DNA of 24,000 nucleotides from Chloroflexota bacterium (GCA_041691435.1 JBEPUS010000001.1:5274-29273), one strand, 5' to 3'; positions 8,113 through 16,372 are shown, counted from the stretch's first letter. A program made the numbers and translations. Notes: generated by a model from the letters alone, not told the origin.

Positions 8113-9618
8113 GTGAAGCCACTCGATCAATTCGAGCTCTGGTTCATGACCGGTAGCCAGGACCTGTATGGCGAGGCGACCCTTCGCCAGGTCGCGCTGG
8201 ACTCCGAGCGGATCGCCGCGGCCCTTGACGACTCGGCGGCGATCCCGGTGCGGGTCGTGTACAAGCCCGTGGTCAAATCGTCGGCGAGCATCGCCGCAGC
8301 GTGCACGGCGGCCAGCGCCGAGCCAGCATGCGTCGGCGTGATCGCCTGGATGCACACCTTCTCGCCGGCCCAGATGTGGATCGCCGGCCTGCAGGCCCTG
8401 CGCAAGCCGCTGCTCCACTTGCACACCCAGTTCAATCGCGACCTGCCCTGGTCGACGATCGACATGGACTTCATGAACCTGAACCAGGCCGCCCACGGCG
8501 ACCGCGAGTTTGGCCACATCGAGGCTCGGCTCGGTGTCGCTCGCAAGACCGTGGCCGGCCACTGGCAGGACCCGGCGGTCCAGGAGCGCATCGGGTCATG
8601 GTCGCGGGCTGCCAGCGGCTGGTCCGACCTGCATCGCCTGAAGGTCGCCCGTTTCGGCGACAACATGCGCGACGTGGCCGTCACCGAAGGCGACAAGGTG
8701 GAGGCCCAGGTCCGCCTCGGCGTCTCGATCAGCGGATTTAGCGTCAGTGAGCTCGGCGATGCCGCCCGTGCCGTGCCCACGGCGGACGTCGACCGGCTGA
8801 TCGACGAGTACGAGTCCAGCTATGTCCTGGCCGCGAGCCTCCAGGCTGGTGGCGACGACCGCGAGGCGCTGCGCGAGGCCGCCCGGATCGAGGTTGCGCT
8901 GCGCGCGTTCCTGGCCGAGCACGGGTGCGCCGCCTTCACCGACACGTTCGAGAATCTCGATGGGCTGGTGCAGCTGCCGGGGATCGCCGTGCAGCGGCTG
9001 ATGGCCGAGGGCTACGGGTTCGGGGCCGAGGGCGACTGGAAGACCGGCGTCATGGTCCGCCTCCTCAAGACCATGGCCCGCGGACTGCCTGGCGGGACGT
9101 CGTTCATGGAGGACTACACGTACCACCTCGACCCGGCCGGGCCCAAGGTCCTGGGCGCCCACATGCTGGAGGTCTGCCCGTCCATCTCGGACGGCCCGGT
9201 CTCGTGCGAGATCCATCCGCTGTCGATCGGCGGTCACGCCGATCCCGTCCGGCTCGTCTTCGACGCGGGCAGCGGGCCGGCCGTGATCGTGGCCCTGATG
9301 GATATGGGCGAGCGCCTCCGACTCGTGGCCAATGAGGTCGACCTCGTGTCGCCCGACGCGCCCATGCCCCGGTTGCCGGTGGGCCGGGCTGTCTGGAAGC
9401 CGCGTCCGAACCTGACCACGGCGACCGAGGCCTGGCTGATCGCCGGCGGCTCGCACCACACCGCCCTGACCCGGGCCCTGACCATCGAGCCGATCGCCGA
9501 CTTCGCCGAGATGGCCCGCCTCGAGCTGCTGACGATCGATGCAACCACCACCGTGCCCGCATTCACCCGCGAGCTACGCTGGAACCAGGCCTACTACCGC
9601 CTGGCGCGAGGGCTCTAG
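8113..9618 (+). CDS. araA: L-arabinose isomerase
   Basis: 501 aa, colinear with E. coli AraA as I recall it: [107 protein letters not shown] lies 10 nt upstream of the GTG start. Confidence 0.95.
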   Translation: MKPLDQFELWFMTGSQDLYGEATLRQVALDSERIAAALDDSAAIPVRVVYKPVVKSSASIAAACTAASAEPACVGVIAWMHTFSPAQMWIAGLQALRKPLLHLHTQFNRDLPWSTIDMDFMNLNQAAHGDREFGHIEARLGVARKTVAGHWQDPAVQERIGSWSRAASGWSDLHRLKVARFGDNMRDVAVTEGDKVEAQVRLGVSISGFSVSELGDAARAVPTADVDRLIDEYESSYVLAASLQAGGDDREALREAARIEVALRAFLAEHGCAAFTDTFENLDGLVQLPGIAVQRLMAEGYGFGAEGDWKTGVMVRLLKTMARGLPGGTSFMEDYTYHLDPAGPKVLGAHMLEVCPSISDGPVSCEIHPLSIGGHADPVRLVFDAGSGPAVIVALMDMGERLRLVANEVDLVSPDAPMPRLPVGRAVWKPRPNLTTATEAWLIAGGSHHTALTRALTIEPIADFAEMARLELLTIDATTTVPAFTRELRWNQAYYRLARGL

Positions 9619-9716
9619 CCCGACTGGGCCCTCGAGGGGCGCGAAGGGCATCGACCCTTAGGGCGTCGCGACAGTAAAGCCGTTGATGCCCGATCCCTGA
9701 GTCGAGCGGGCCGCCG

Positions 9717-9740
9717 AGCGCAGCAATCCCAGGCTGCGCT
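9717..9740. terminator. Hairpin between convergent araA and the small peptide gene
   Basis: AGCGCAGC (9717-9724), 8-nt loop, GCTGCGCT (9733-9740). It begins 9 nt after the small ORF stop on the minus strand and about 100 nt after the araA stop. There is no clear U-tract. Confidence 0.4.
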
Positions 9741-9748
9741 TGCCGACC

Positions 9749-9838
9749 TCAGATGTGGATGACGCCCAGGACGAGCAGGACGATGATCACGATCACGATG
9801 ACACCGATGATCCCGACGCCACCATTTCGGCTGTTCAT
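9749..9838 (-). CDS. Small hydrophobic membrane peptide (29 aa)
   Basis: Inner ATG (complement of 9836-9838) of track ORF 9749..9943 gives MNSRNGGVGIIGVIVIVIIVLLVLGVIHI. GGAGGA lies 4 nt upstream of that ATG. G/C-biased third positions. Hairpin directly downstream. Confidence 0.5.
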   Translation of the reverse strand: MNSRNGGVGIIGVIVIVIIVLLVLGVIHI

Positions 9839-9966
9839 GAATCCTCCGCGCCCGCACTGCTGTCGTCGAGGTCGACCGACATGACCTGGGGCGCAGGTGC
9901 AGCGTACGCGACCACGATCCGTCAGGAAATGGGGCGCAGACAATTCACGCTCATCCCGCGACCGAA

Positions 9967-10170
9967 TCAGCGGATGAGCTGGACCATCGCTCCGCTGGAT
10001 AGCCCGCCGCCGCTGGCCGTCGAGAACGCGAGCCCCAGCCGCCGAAGCTCCGCTCCGAGCCGGGCAGGATTGTTCGTCCAGATCGTCTCTCCGGCCATGA
10101 GCACCTCGATGCCTGCGACGCGGCCACCGGCGAGCACGTCGGCGAGCCGGCGGCCCGCGGCGCCTCGCAA
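9967..10170 (-). CDS. Possible small ORF or gene remnant downstream of the YCII gene (67 codons, TTG start)
   Basis: Coding-like third-position bias (…ADVLAGGRVAGIEVLMAGETIWTNNPARLGAELRRLGLAF…). No family recognised and no good start or RBS. May be the tail of a decayed gene. Confidence 0.3.
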   Translation of the reverse strand: MRGAAGRRLADVLAGGRVAGIEVLMAGETIWTNNPARLGAELRRLGLAFSTASGGGLSSGAMVQLIR

Positions 10171-10527
10171 TTAGGCGATGGGCACGATCGGCCGGATCTC
10201 GACTCCGCCGTGGGGCGCAGTCGCTTCCGGGATCTGGGCTGCAAGGGCGATTGCCTCGTCGATATCGGCAGCTTCGAGCAGGTAGTAGCCGCCCACGATC
10301 TCCTTGGTCTCCAGGAAGGGGCCGTCGGTCACGGACGCCTTGCCGGATCTACCTGCTCGCAGGCTGACCGCGCGCTTCGTGGGCTCGAGCTCGTCGGCGC
10401 CCAAAATGGCCGGGCCGGCCGACGCAATGAACGCCTGGTGCCGGACCGCATTTGCCTGATGCCACGCTGCGGGCGCTTCGGCCCAGGTCCGCTCGTTGCC
10501 GTAGATGAGGACCAGATAGTTCGCCAT
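10171..10527 (-). CDS. YCII-related (DGPF) domain protein
   Basis: 118 aa: MANYLVLIYGNE...SVTDGPFLETKEIVGGYYLLEAADIDEAIALAAQIP. This carries the characteristic DGPF.E.KE / GGY motif of YciI-like proteins. Confidence 0.85.
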   Translation of the reverse strand: MANYLVLIYGNERTWAEAPAAWHQANAVRHQAFIASAGPAILGADELEPTKRAVSLRAGRSGKASVTDGPFLETKEIVGGYYLLEAADIDEAIALAAQIPEATAPHGGVEIRPIVPIA

Positions 10528-10623
10528 GGAATCACCTTCAGCATGCAGGCTCGGGGCGAGCCAGGTTCACTTCGTCGACGAATTGAGCACGTCAAGATCG
10601 ACATGTTCGCTCCATCGTCATCG

Positions 10624-12111
10624 TCAGCTGCCGGGTAACGCGAAGAGGCAGACCTGTGCGCCGCCCCACGCCACGCACGCGACCGCGCGTCGGGCGGCCC
10701 AGGCTGCCGGGTGGAGATCGACCCAGCTGGGCGTATCCCCGGACTGCCCTGGAGCGGCCACCACCCAGCGAACGCCGCGGCTCGTATAGAGGTCACCCGC
10801 ATTCACCTTGCCGCCGGCCCAGACAATCAGCGTCGTCGCGCGGGCCGTCATGGCCAGAAGCGGCGAGTAGGCGCCCTGGACGACGGCGCCCGCCGGCAGG
10901 ACGACCGCGATGTGCGCCTGGTCGGATTGCATCGTGCTCGGCGTCACGGTCATCCAGTGCACGTCGAGCAGCAGGCCGGGCGCCACCAGGGCGCCCAGAA
11001 CGAGGGCCAACACGAGAGTGCGAGCCCGGCGAGGAGCGCGCCGCGGTATCCCGGTTCTGGCGATGACCGCAGATCCGAGCCCCACGATGGCGGCTAGCGC
11101 CGGGAGGAGTGGGACCACATAGCGGTTCGGCCGGTAGGCCACGAGGAACAGGATCCCGAAGCCAGTGACGAGCCAGCAAATCGACAGCACCATGAGACGC
11201 CGCTCGGATGTCGAGAGGCGAGACCAGTGGGCGACGCCAACGGCCGCGGCGATCATGGCGCCAACCAGTAGCGGCGCGGCCAGGGGCCACGCACCATCGC
11301 TGTGAACGAGATACCCCGCCACACGCTTCAGCAGGTCGCCCGGCGACGCGGGCAGCGGTTCGGGTGGGAGTGTCGAAAGCACCGCCGGCAGCTGGCCCAG
11401 GTTGGGCAGCCCTACGACAATGAGCCAGCCGAGGCCGCAGAGCCCCAAGCCGGTCACGCAGCCGACCAGCCAGCGGCGTTCGCATGGATCTCGGATCGCC
11501 ATGATCAGCGCCCCTGCCAGGATGCCACCGCCCGAAACGATGGCGCTCGCCTTCGTCCCGATTGCCAGGGCGAGGGCAATTCCGGCAAGGACGCCCAGAC
11601 CGAAGCGGCGATCGGGATCCCCGCGAACCGCGAGCAGGAGAACCATCACGAGAAAGAGGGTCTCGACCGGTTCGAGGAACGCCAGGCGACCGTAGTACAG
11701 GACGAGCGTCGAAGTGCCGAACGCCAGTGCCGCAACCAGCGCCGGCCCGCGGCCAACGATCGTGCGGAGGCCGATGGCGATCACGGCCACCGTCAGCCCA
11801 GTTGCGAGAATCGCCACGATGCGGGCCTGCACGATCCCAATGCCGAGAACGCCAAAGGCCGCGGCGACGGCCAGGCTGAACGGCGCGGTGATGAGCTGCA
11901 GGTTGTAGTCGTCGGTTGACCATCGCCCGAGCAGGACGAGGTTGCGGGCGTTCACGACATGCCAGGCCTCGTCCGTGAACGGGCTCGCGCTTGCGGTCAC
12001 GCCCGTTGGCGGGTCGACGCGCACGAACCCGAGCAGGAGAAGTCCAACCCCCGCCGCCGCGATCATTCCGGGCAGCCAATCGGCGGCCTTCGAAGCTGCC
12101 CTGCTGTGCAC
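10624..12111 (-). CDS. GT-C fold membrane glycosyltransferase (ArnT / PMT_2-like)
   Basis: 495 aa with about 11-12 hydrophobic helices. Early loop is SPFTDEAWHVVNARNL (Asp-Glu type motif). YYGRLAFLEPVETLF and IGTKAS are typical of dolichyl/undecaprenyl-phosphate-sugar-dependent transferases. A soluble C-terminal domain follows. GTG start lies 8 nt after the kinase stop. Confidence 0.8.
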   Translation of the reverse strand: MHSRAASKAADWLPGMIAAAGVGLLLLGFVRVDPPTGVTASASPFTDEAWHVVNARNLVLLGRWSTDDYNLQLITAPFSLAVAAAFGVLGIGIVQARIVAILATGLTVAVIAIGLRTIVGRGPALVAALAFGTSTLVLYYGRLAFLEPVETLFLVMVLLLAVRGDPDRRFGLGVLAGIALALAIGTKASAIVSGGGILAGALIMAIRDPCERRWLVGCVTGLGLCGLGWLIVVGLPNLGQLPAVLSTLPPEPLPASPGDLLKRVAGYLVHSDGAWPLAAPLLVGAMIAAAVGVAHWSRLSTSERRLMVLSICWLVTGFGILFLVAYRPNRYVVPLLPALAAIVGLGSAVIARTGIPRRAPRRARTLVLALVLGALVAPGLLLDVHWMTVTPSTMQSDQAHIAVVLPAGAVVQGAYSPLLAMTARATTLIVWAGGKVNAGDLYTSRGVRWVVAAPGQSGDTPSWVDLHPAAWAARRAVACVAWGGAQVCLFALPGS

Positions 12112-12119
12112 CAGCTGGA

Positions 12120-13082
12120 CTAGTGAACGCGGGGCAGGGCGAGGCGGAACGTAGAGCCGCTGCCGGGCTGACTGGCCGCCGTGAGGTGGCCGCCTGACCG
12201 CTCTGCAAGGCTGCGGGCAATCGCCAGGCCAAGGCCATTGCCCGCGGGGCTGCCAGCATCGGCTCGCACCCGGTAGAACGGCTCGAAGATCCGGTCCAGG
12301 TCGGGCGAGGCGATCCCCGGGCCACGGTCGGCAACCTCGACGATCGCCTCGCGGTCCGTGGCAGACATTGTGACCTGGACTGCCACCGACGGCCCCCCGT
12401 AGCGCACGGCATTGTCGAGAAGGTTGAGCAGAATTCGATCGCAGCTGTCCGGCTCGCCACGAACCCGGAGGTCGGGCACGAGGTTCACCCGGATGGGCTC
12501 GGAGCCCGGGTGTGCCGTGCGAAATGTCCCGATGGCCTCGGCCACCGCCACCGATAGGTCGAATGGCTCGCGCACCGGGTTCATGAGCCGGTCGCCGGTG
12601 CTCGCGAGGACGAGCAGATCGTTCGTGATCTTCGTCAGTCGCTCGGCCGCGGCGATGATCCGGACCATGTCCGCCCGAAGGTCAGCGGGCCGCACGCTCG
12701 GCTCCAGACCACTCTCCGCGGTTGCCCGAATCGCAGCCAGCGGCGTGCGCATCTCGTGCGAGGCATCGGCGACGAAGCGCCGCTGACGCGCATGTGCATC
12801 ACGAATCGGTCGCAGGGTTCGATTGGCAAGGACCCAGGCGACACCGCCCACGAGTCCGATCGTGAGCACATTCGCAACGACCAGGGCAATCCCCACGCGT
12901 TGGAGCGCGACCTGGTAGGCAAGCCCCGCCGCCTGTGTCGAGGAGAGGTCCGGCGCGACATCGAACGCCGGCCCCAACACCGTCCGGAACGCGACGTAGA
13001 AGATGATGCTGAAGAGCCCGAACACCAACGCAAACAGCGTGAGATACAGGAGGGTGAGGCGACGGCGCGCGCGCTGGAACAT
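12120..13082 (-). CDS. Sensor histidine kinase (two TM helices, short external loop, no HAMP; HisKA + HATPase_c)
   Basis: 320 aa. H-box is FVADASHEMRTPLAAI. N-box is LLNLLDNAVRY. G-boxes are DRGPGI and GNGLGLAIA. The H-box starts about 20 residues after TM2. The start overlaps the response regulator stop. Confidence 0.9.
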   Translation of the reverse strand: MFQRARRRLTLLYLTLFALVFGLFSIIFYVAFRTVLGPAFDVAPDLSSTQAAGLAYQVALQRVGIALVVANVLTIGLVGGVAWVLANRTLRPIRDAHARQRRFVADASHEMRTPLAAIRATAESGLEPSVRPADLRADMVRIIAAAERLTKITNDLLVLASTGDRLMNPVREPFDLSVAVAEAIGTFRTAHPGSEPIRVNLVPDLRVRGEPDSCDRILLNLLDNAVRYGGPSVAVQVTMSATDREAIVEVADRGPGIASPDLDRIFEPFYRVRADAGSPAGNGLGLAIARSLAERSGGHLTAASQPGSGSTFRLALPRVH

Positions 13083-13834
13083 CAGGTTGCCGTATCGGGC
13101 GCGCTGCGCAGGCGGTACCCAGATCCTCGAACCGTCTCAATCAGCCCGTTACGCCGCCCCTCGTCCACCTTGCGTCGAAGGCTACGGATGTACACCTCGA
13201 CGACATTCGATTCGGCCACGAAGTCGGCGTTCCAGAGGGCATCCAGCAGTCGATCCTGGGTGAACAGTTGACCGGCGTTGCTCGCGAGCAGCTCAAGGAG
13301 GGCGAATTCCCGGGTCGTGAGCAGGATCTCACGACCCGATCGCGTGACCCGCATTTCCGCCGGCAAGAGGACGAGATCGCCCACGCTGATCGAGGCGGCG
13401 CGCTCCGTGCCGAGCCGTCGTCGCAGGGCGCGGAGCCGGGCACGGAGCTCCGCAACGGCGAATGGCTTGGCGAGATAGTCATCGGCTCCCTGGTCGAGGC
13501 CGTTTACGCGGTCCTCGATGCTGTCCCTGGCCGTCAGCATCAGGATCGGCGCTGTGAACCGCGCCGCCCGCAGGCGTCTGCACACCTCGAACCCGTCGAG
13601 GCTGGGCAGGAGCACGTCGAGGATGACCAGGTCATACCGATACGTGTCGACCCAGCGCAGCGCCTCCAGTCCGTCGCCCACGATGTCGACCGCATGGCCA
13701 TCTGAGGCCAGGACCACCTTCAGGCCGTCGGCGATGGCGGCCTCGTCTTCCACGACCAGGATTCGCAGCTCGCTTCTCCCAGGCTCGGCCACTTCAGCGA
13801 CAGGCTGCACCGAGGGTGATCCTAGCCCCGTCAT
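13082..13834 (-). CDS. OmpR/PhoB-family response regulator
   Basis: 250 aa. Receiver domain is RILVVEDE...DLVILDVLLPSLDGFEV...PILMLTA...KPF. Winged-helix C-terminus is LTTREFALLELL...VEVYIRSLRRKV...IETVRGSGYRL. Confidence 0.92.
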   Translation of the reverse strand: MTGLGSPSVQPVAEVAEPGRSELRILVVEDEAAIADGLKVVLASDGHAVDIVGDGLEALRWVDTYRYDLVILDVLLPSLDGFEVCRRLRAARFTAPILMLTARDSIEDRVNGLDQGADDYLAKPFAVAELRARLRALRRRLGTERAASISVGDLVLLPAEMRVTRSGREILLTTREFALLELLASNAGQLFTQDRLLDALWNADFVAESNVVEVYIRSLRRKVDEGRRNGLIETVRGSGYRLRSAPDTAT

Positions 13835-13860
13835 CGTTCCACGTCAGGTGCAGAGCCCGC

Positions 13861-13980
13861 CTACCGGCGATGGCGCAGGAGGAGCCAGCCGCCAACGATC
13901 ACGACGGCCATGACCGCCGCCGCGATCAGCAGCTGCCTGCTGGCAATCGTGAAGCCCAGGACAACGATCGCGGGATTCAT
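13861..13980 (-). CDS. Small membrane protein (39 aa), first gene of the two-component operon
   Basis: Inner ATG (complement of 13978-13980) of track ORF 13861..14043 gives MNPAIVVLGFTIASRQLLIAAAVMAVVIVGGWLLLRHRR. GGAG lies 6 nt upstream of that ATG. G/C-biased third positions. It ends 26 nt before the response regulator start. Confidence 0.5.
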   Translation of the reverse strand: MNPAIVVLGFTIASRQLLIAAAVMAVVIVGGWLLLRHRR

Positions 13981-14072
13981 GTTGGGCTCCAGTCGGCCAT
14001 CAGGAGGCGATGGCTCCCGCTGGAGGGGATGCGGTCTCGGCACCGGGAGCCATCCCGGAAACGTTGACGACC

Positions 14073-14117
14073 GAACCTGAGGGGTACCTGAGCGCTATCG
14101 CGCCGTTCACCTGACGC
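14073..14117. promoter_or_regulatory. 11-bp phased direct repeats in a divergent promoter region (candidate response-regulator site)
   Basis: GAACCTGAGGG (14073-14083) is immediately followed by GTACCTGAGCG (14084-14094), 9/11 identical. A third ACCTGA core sits in GTTCACCTGAC (14105-14115). Confidence 0.35.
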
Positions 14118-14262
14118 TCATCTTCGATGGCTAGGCTCAGCTGCCTCACCACTTCGCCAGGCGCTATGAGTTTCTGCCCTGCCTGACCAACGCGAGCGAC
14201 GCCGCTGGCTTCGGTTCATCGGCCTCAGCGCGCTCGGAGCGATCCTCGGGCTCGTCGCGTCC

Positions 14263-15168
14263 TTGCCACCCTTCGCGTCGATCGGGCACGGGCCGCCCGC
14301 GGCCTTCAAGGGTGCTCCGTCGCTCCCGGTTGCTGATTCGCCAGTGCCGGCGACGACCGACACCCTGCCGGCCAGCTCCGCCCGTCGAGTGTGGCTGATC
14401 GTCATGGAGAACAAGGAGGATTCGACGGTCGTGGGCAGCCCCGACGCTCCCTACCTGAACGGGCTGGTCGCGAAGTACGGCCTGGCGACGAACTTCTACG
14501 CGACCGGCCACCACTCCCTGCTCAATTACATCGCCCTCGTCGCGGGCTCAACCCTGGGCGTGACCACCGATTCCCCGCAGAGGCTCATCGGACCAACCAT
14601 CTTCAGCCAGCTGTCGGCCCGCGCCGAGCCCTGGCGGGTTTACGCCCAGGACGATCCGTCGGGCTGCTTCACGGGAATCCGGCAGGACGGCGGAGTCGAC
14701 GGACCGGGCGGTGCGGGTGCGTATGTACGGCGGCACAACCCGGCGATCAACTTCACGGCCATTGCCGATGATCCGGCCCAGTGCGCGAACATCGAGGCGC
14801 TCCACGGCTTCGATCCAACTGCGGCGCGGTTCGAGCTGATCGTGCCCAACCTGGTCAACGACATGCACGACGGCACGATCGCCCAGGGCGATGCGTTCCT
14901 GGCTGCATTCGTCCCGGAAATCACCGGCAGCCCGGCGTTCACAGCGGGCTCTGTGCTCTTTGTCACATTCGACGAGGGCTCCACCCGTGCGGGTTCATTC
15001 GGTGATGACGGCGGCCACATCGCGACCCTCATGATCGCTCCGGGGATGCAGCCGGGCTATCGCGCAACCGCGTACGCCGACCACCTGAGCCTGCTGCGCA
15101 CCACCGAGAACGTCCTGGGCCTGCCCTGCCTGGCCGGCGCCTGCGCGCGAGAGCCCATCGGATACTGA
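14263..15168 (+). CDS. Phosphoesterase-family enzyme (bacterial PLC / acid phosphatase type), probably exported
   Basis: VWLIVMENKEDSTVVGSPDAPYLNGL...ATGHHSLLNYIALVAGSTLGVTTD...RRHNPAINF...VPNLVNDMHDG...FVTFDEG matches the ENxS/HPSxPNY/DMHD layout of this family. The track start is TTG at 14263. The frame is open back to 14170 and encodes a Tat-like leader, so the true 5' end is uncertain. Confidence 0.8.
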   Translation: MPPFASIGHGPPAAFKGAPSLPVADSPVPATTDTLPASSARRVWLIVMENKEDSTVVGSPDAPYLNGLVAKYGLATNFYATGHHSLLNYIALVAGSTLGVTTDSPQRLIGPTIFSQLSARAEPWRVYAQDDPSGCFTGIRQDGGVDGPGGAGAYVRRHNPAINFTAIADDPAQCANIEALHGFDPTAARFELIVPNLVNDMHDGTIAQGDAFLAAFVPEITGSPAFTAGSVLFVTFDEGSTRAGSFGDDGGHIATLMIAPGMQPGYRATAYADHLSLLRTTENVLGLPCLAGACAREPIGY

Positions 15169-15445
15169 GCGCCATTTGGCCGGCGGCGGGAGGGCCAACC
15201 GCGGACCGTTGGGCGGTCGACTACGCCACCAGACCAGCGATGACGACGGTCAGGCGAGGATCAACGCCGCCGGTCCCCGCGCCGAGACCATGCACCCGCT
15301 GGGCGTCCAATCCAATCCCCAAACGACGCCCGTCTGACCGAGCGGGGCTGCGCGCAGTCGGGCCCCGCGTTTCGCCTTGCGACGCGCCACAGTCGATTGG
15401 GAGTTCGATCGGTGCCCACTTGATCCGCTGAGCTAGGCTTCGCGT

Positions 15446-15955
15446 GTGAAGGGATCACTCCTGCAGGACGCCTTCGGGCATCACGTGTGGGCTTCCTTAC
15501 AGCTGCTCCAGGCATGCGCTGCCCTGACCGACGAGCAGCTTCAGGAGACAGTCCCCGGAACGTACGGGTCGATCATCGACACGATGCGCCATCTCGTGGG
15601 CGCAGACTACGGCTACCTGTCCGTCCTCGCACCGGGATCGTTCGGCGACCTTGATGAGGAAGCGGCGGACGTCCCCGCCCTGCAAGCCGCGATGCAGGCG
15701 ACCGGGCCGGTCTGGGCCGCGCTTCTCGACCAGGACCTGGATCCTGCGGCCGTTATCGTTCGACACCGGGACGATGGATCCGAGAGTGCCGCGCCGCTCA
15801 CGATCCGGCTCGCCCAGGTCGTTCACCACGGGACGGATCACCGGAGCCAGGTATGTACTGCCTTGACGACGCTCGGCATCGAGCCGCCGGAGATCGACGC
15901 GTGGGCCTATGCGCGCCAGGACGGTCGCCTGGCCGAGACCCCGCCCCGAAACTAG
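15446..15955 (+). CDS. DinB-family (DinB_2 / mycothiol maleylpyruvate isomerase-like N-terminal) protein
   Basis: 169 aa, GTG start. Contains FGHHVWASLQLL, GSIIDTMRHLVGADYGY and VVHHGTDHRSQV, the His triad spacing of DinB four-helix bundles. Confidence 0.8.
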   Translation: MKGSLLQDAFGHHVWASLQLLQACAALTDEQLQETVPGTYGSIIDTMRHLVGADYGYLSVLAPGSFGDLDEEAADVPALQAAMQATGPVWAALLDQDLDPAAVIVRHRDDGSESAAPLTIRLAQVVHHGTDHRSQVCTALTTLGIEPPEIDAWAYARQDGRLAETPPRN

Positions 15956-16372
15956 CGATCCCCGTGCTGGTATCCGACGATGACGGCCGGTTTGGTGGTC
16001 GAGACGACGGCACCACGGCTGGCTCGTGCGGGAGACGCTTCGTTAGCGCGGCCCGGGCGGTCCTGACTCGGTCTGATTCTCTGATACCAACATCTCCATC
16101 GTTATCCGGCCAAAACGGAGCTGGCGAAGGACCTGCGACGTGTATCGCGGGTCATCCGGGCACAATCGTGTCGGGCTCGATCGGCAGACCGCGAGCAATT
16201 GTGCCGAGTCGGTCGATGTAGCCGTTCCAGCCCATCCTCGAACGCGCCCCGTCGGACTCCCAACGGCTTCACAGCAGGCGGCAACCCCGCCTGGATCCCG
16301 GCGGTCAGCCGATCACATCGCCGATCCCTACCGCCGTGCAGTCGAGTTGCGACATGGGCTGAGTCATCGCCG

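Noticed and set aside
8068-9566. Several 110-290-aa minus-strand ORFs inside araA
   Set aside because: araA is colinear with characterised L-arabinose isomerases along its full length, so these are antisense artefacts.
10793-12460. 555-aa minus-strand ORF overlapping the GT-C and kinase genes in another frame
   Set aside because: Its composition is low-complexity and Arg/Pro/Gly-rich. The alternative frames give a polytopic glycosyltransferase and a kinase with canonical H/N/G boxes.
15169-15445. 277-nt intergenic region with the hairpins GGGCGTC/GACGCCC (15301-15331) and GCGGGGC/GCCCCGC (15342-15368, followed by GTTTCG), and ORFs 15240..15431(+) and 15261..15515(-)
   Set aside because: The ORFs are Arg/Pro-rich without codon bias. 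The hairpins are short and could be a distal terminator or an sRNA. I cannot support either from sequence alone.
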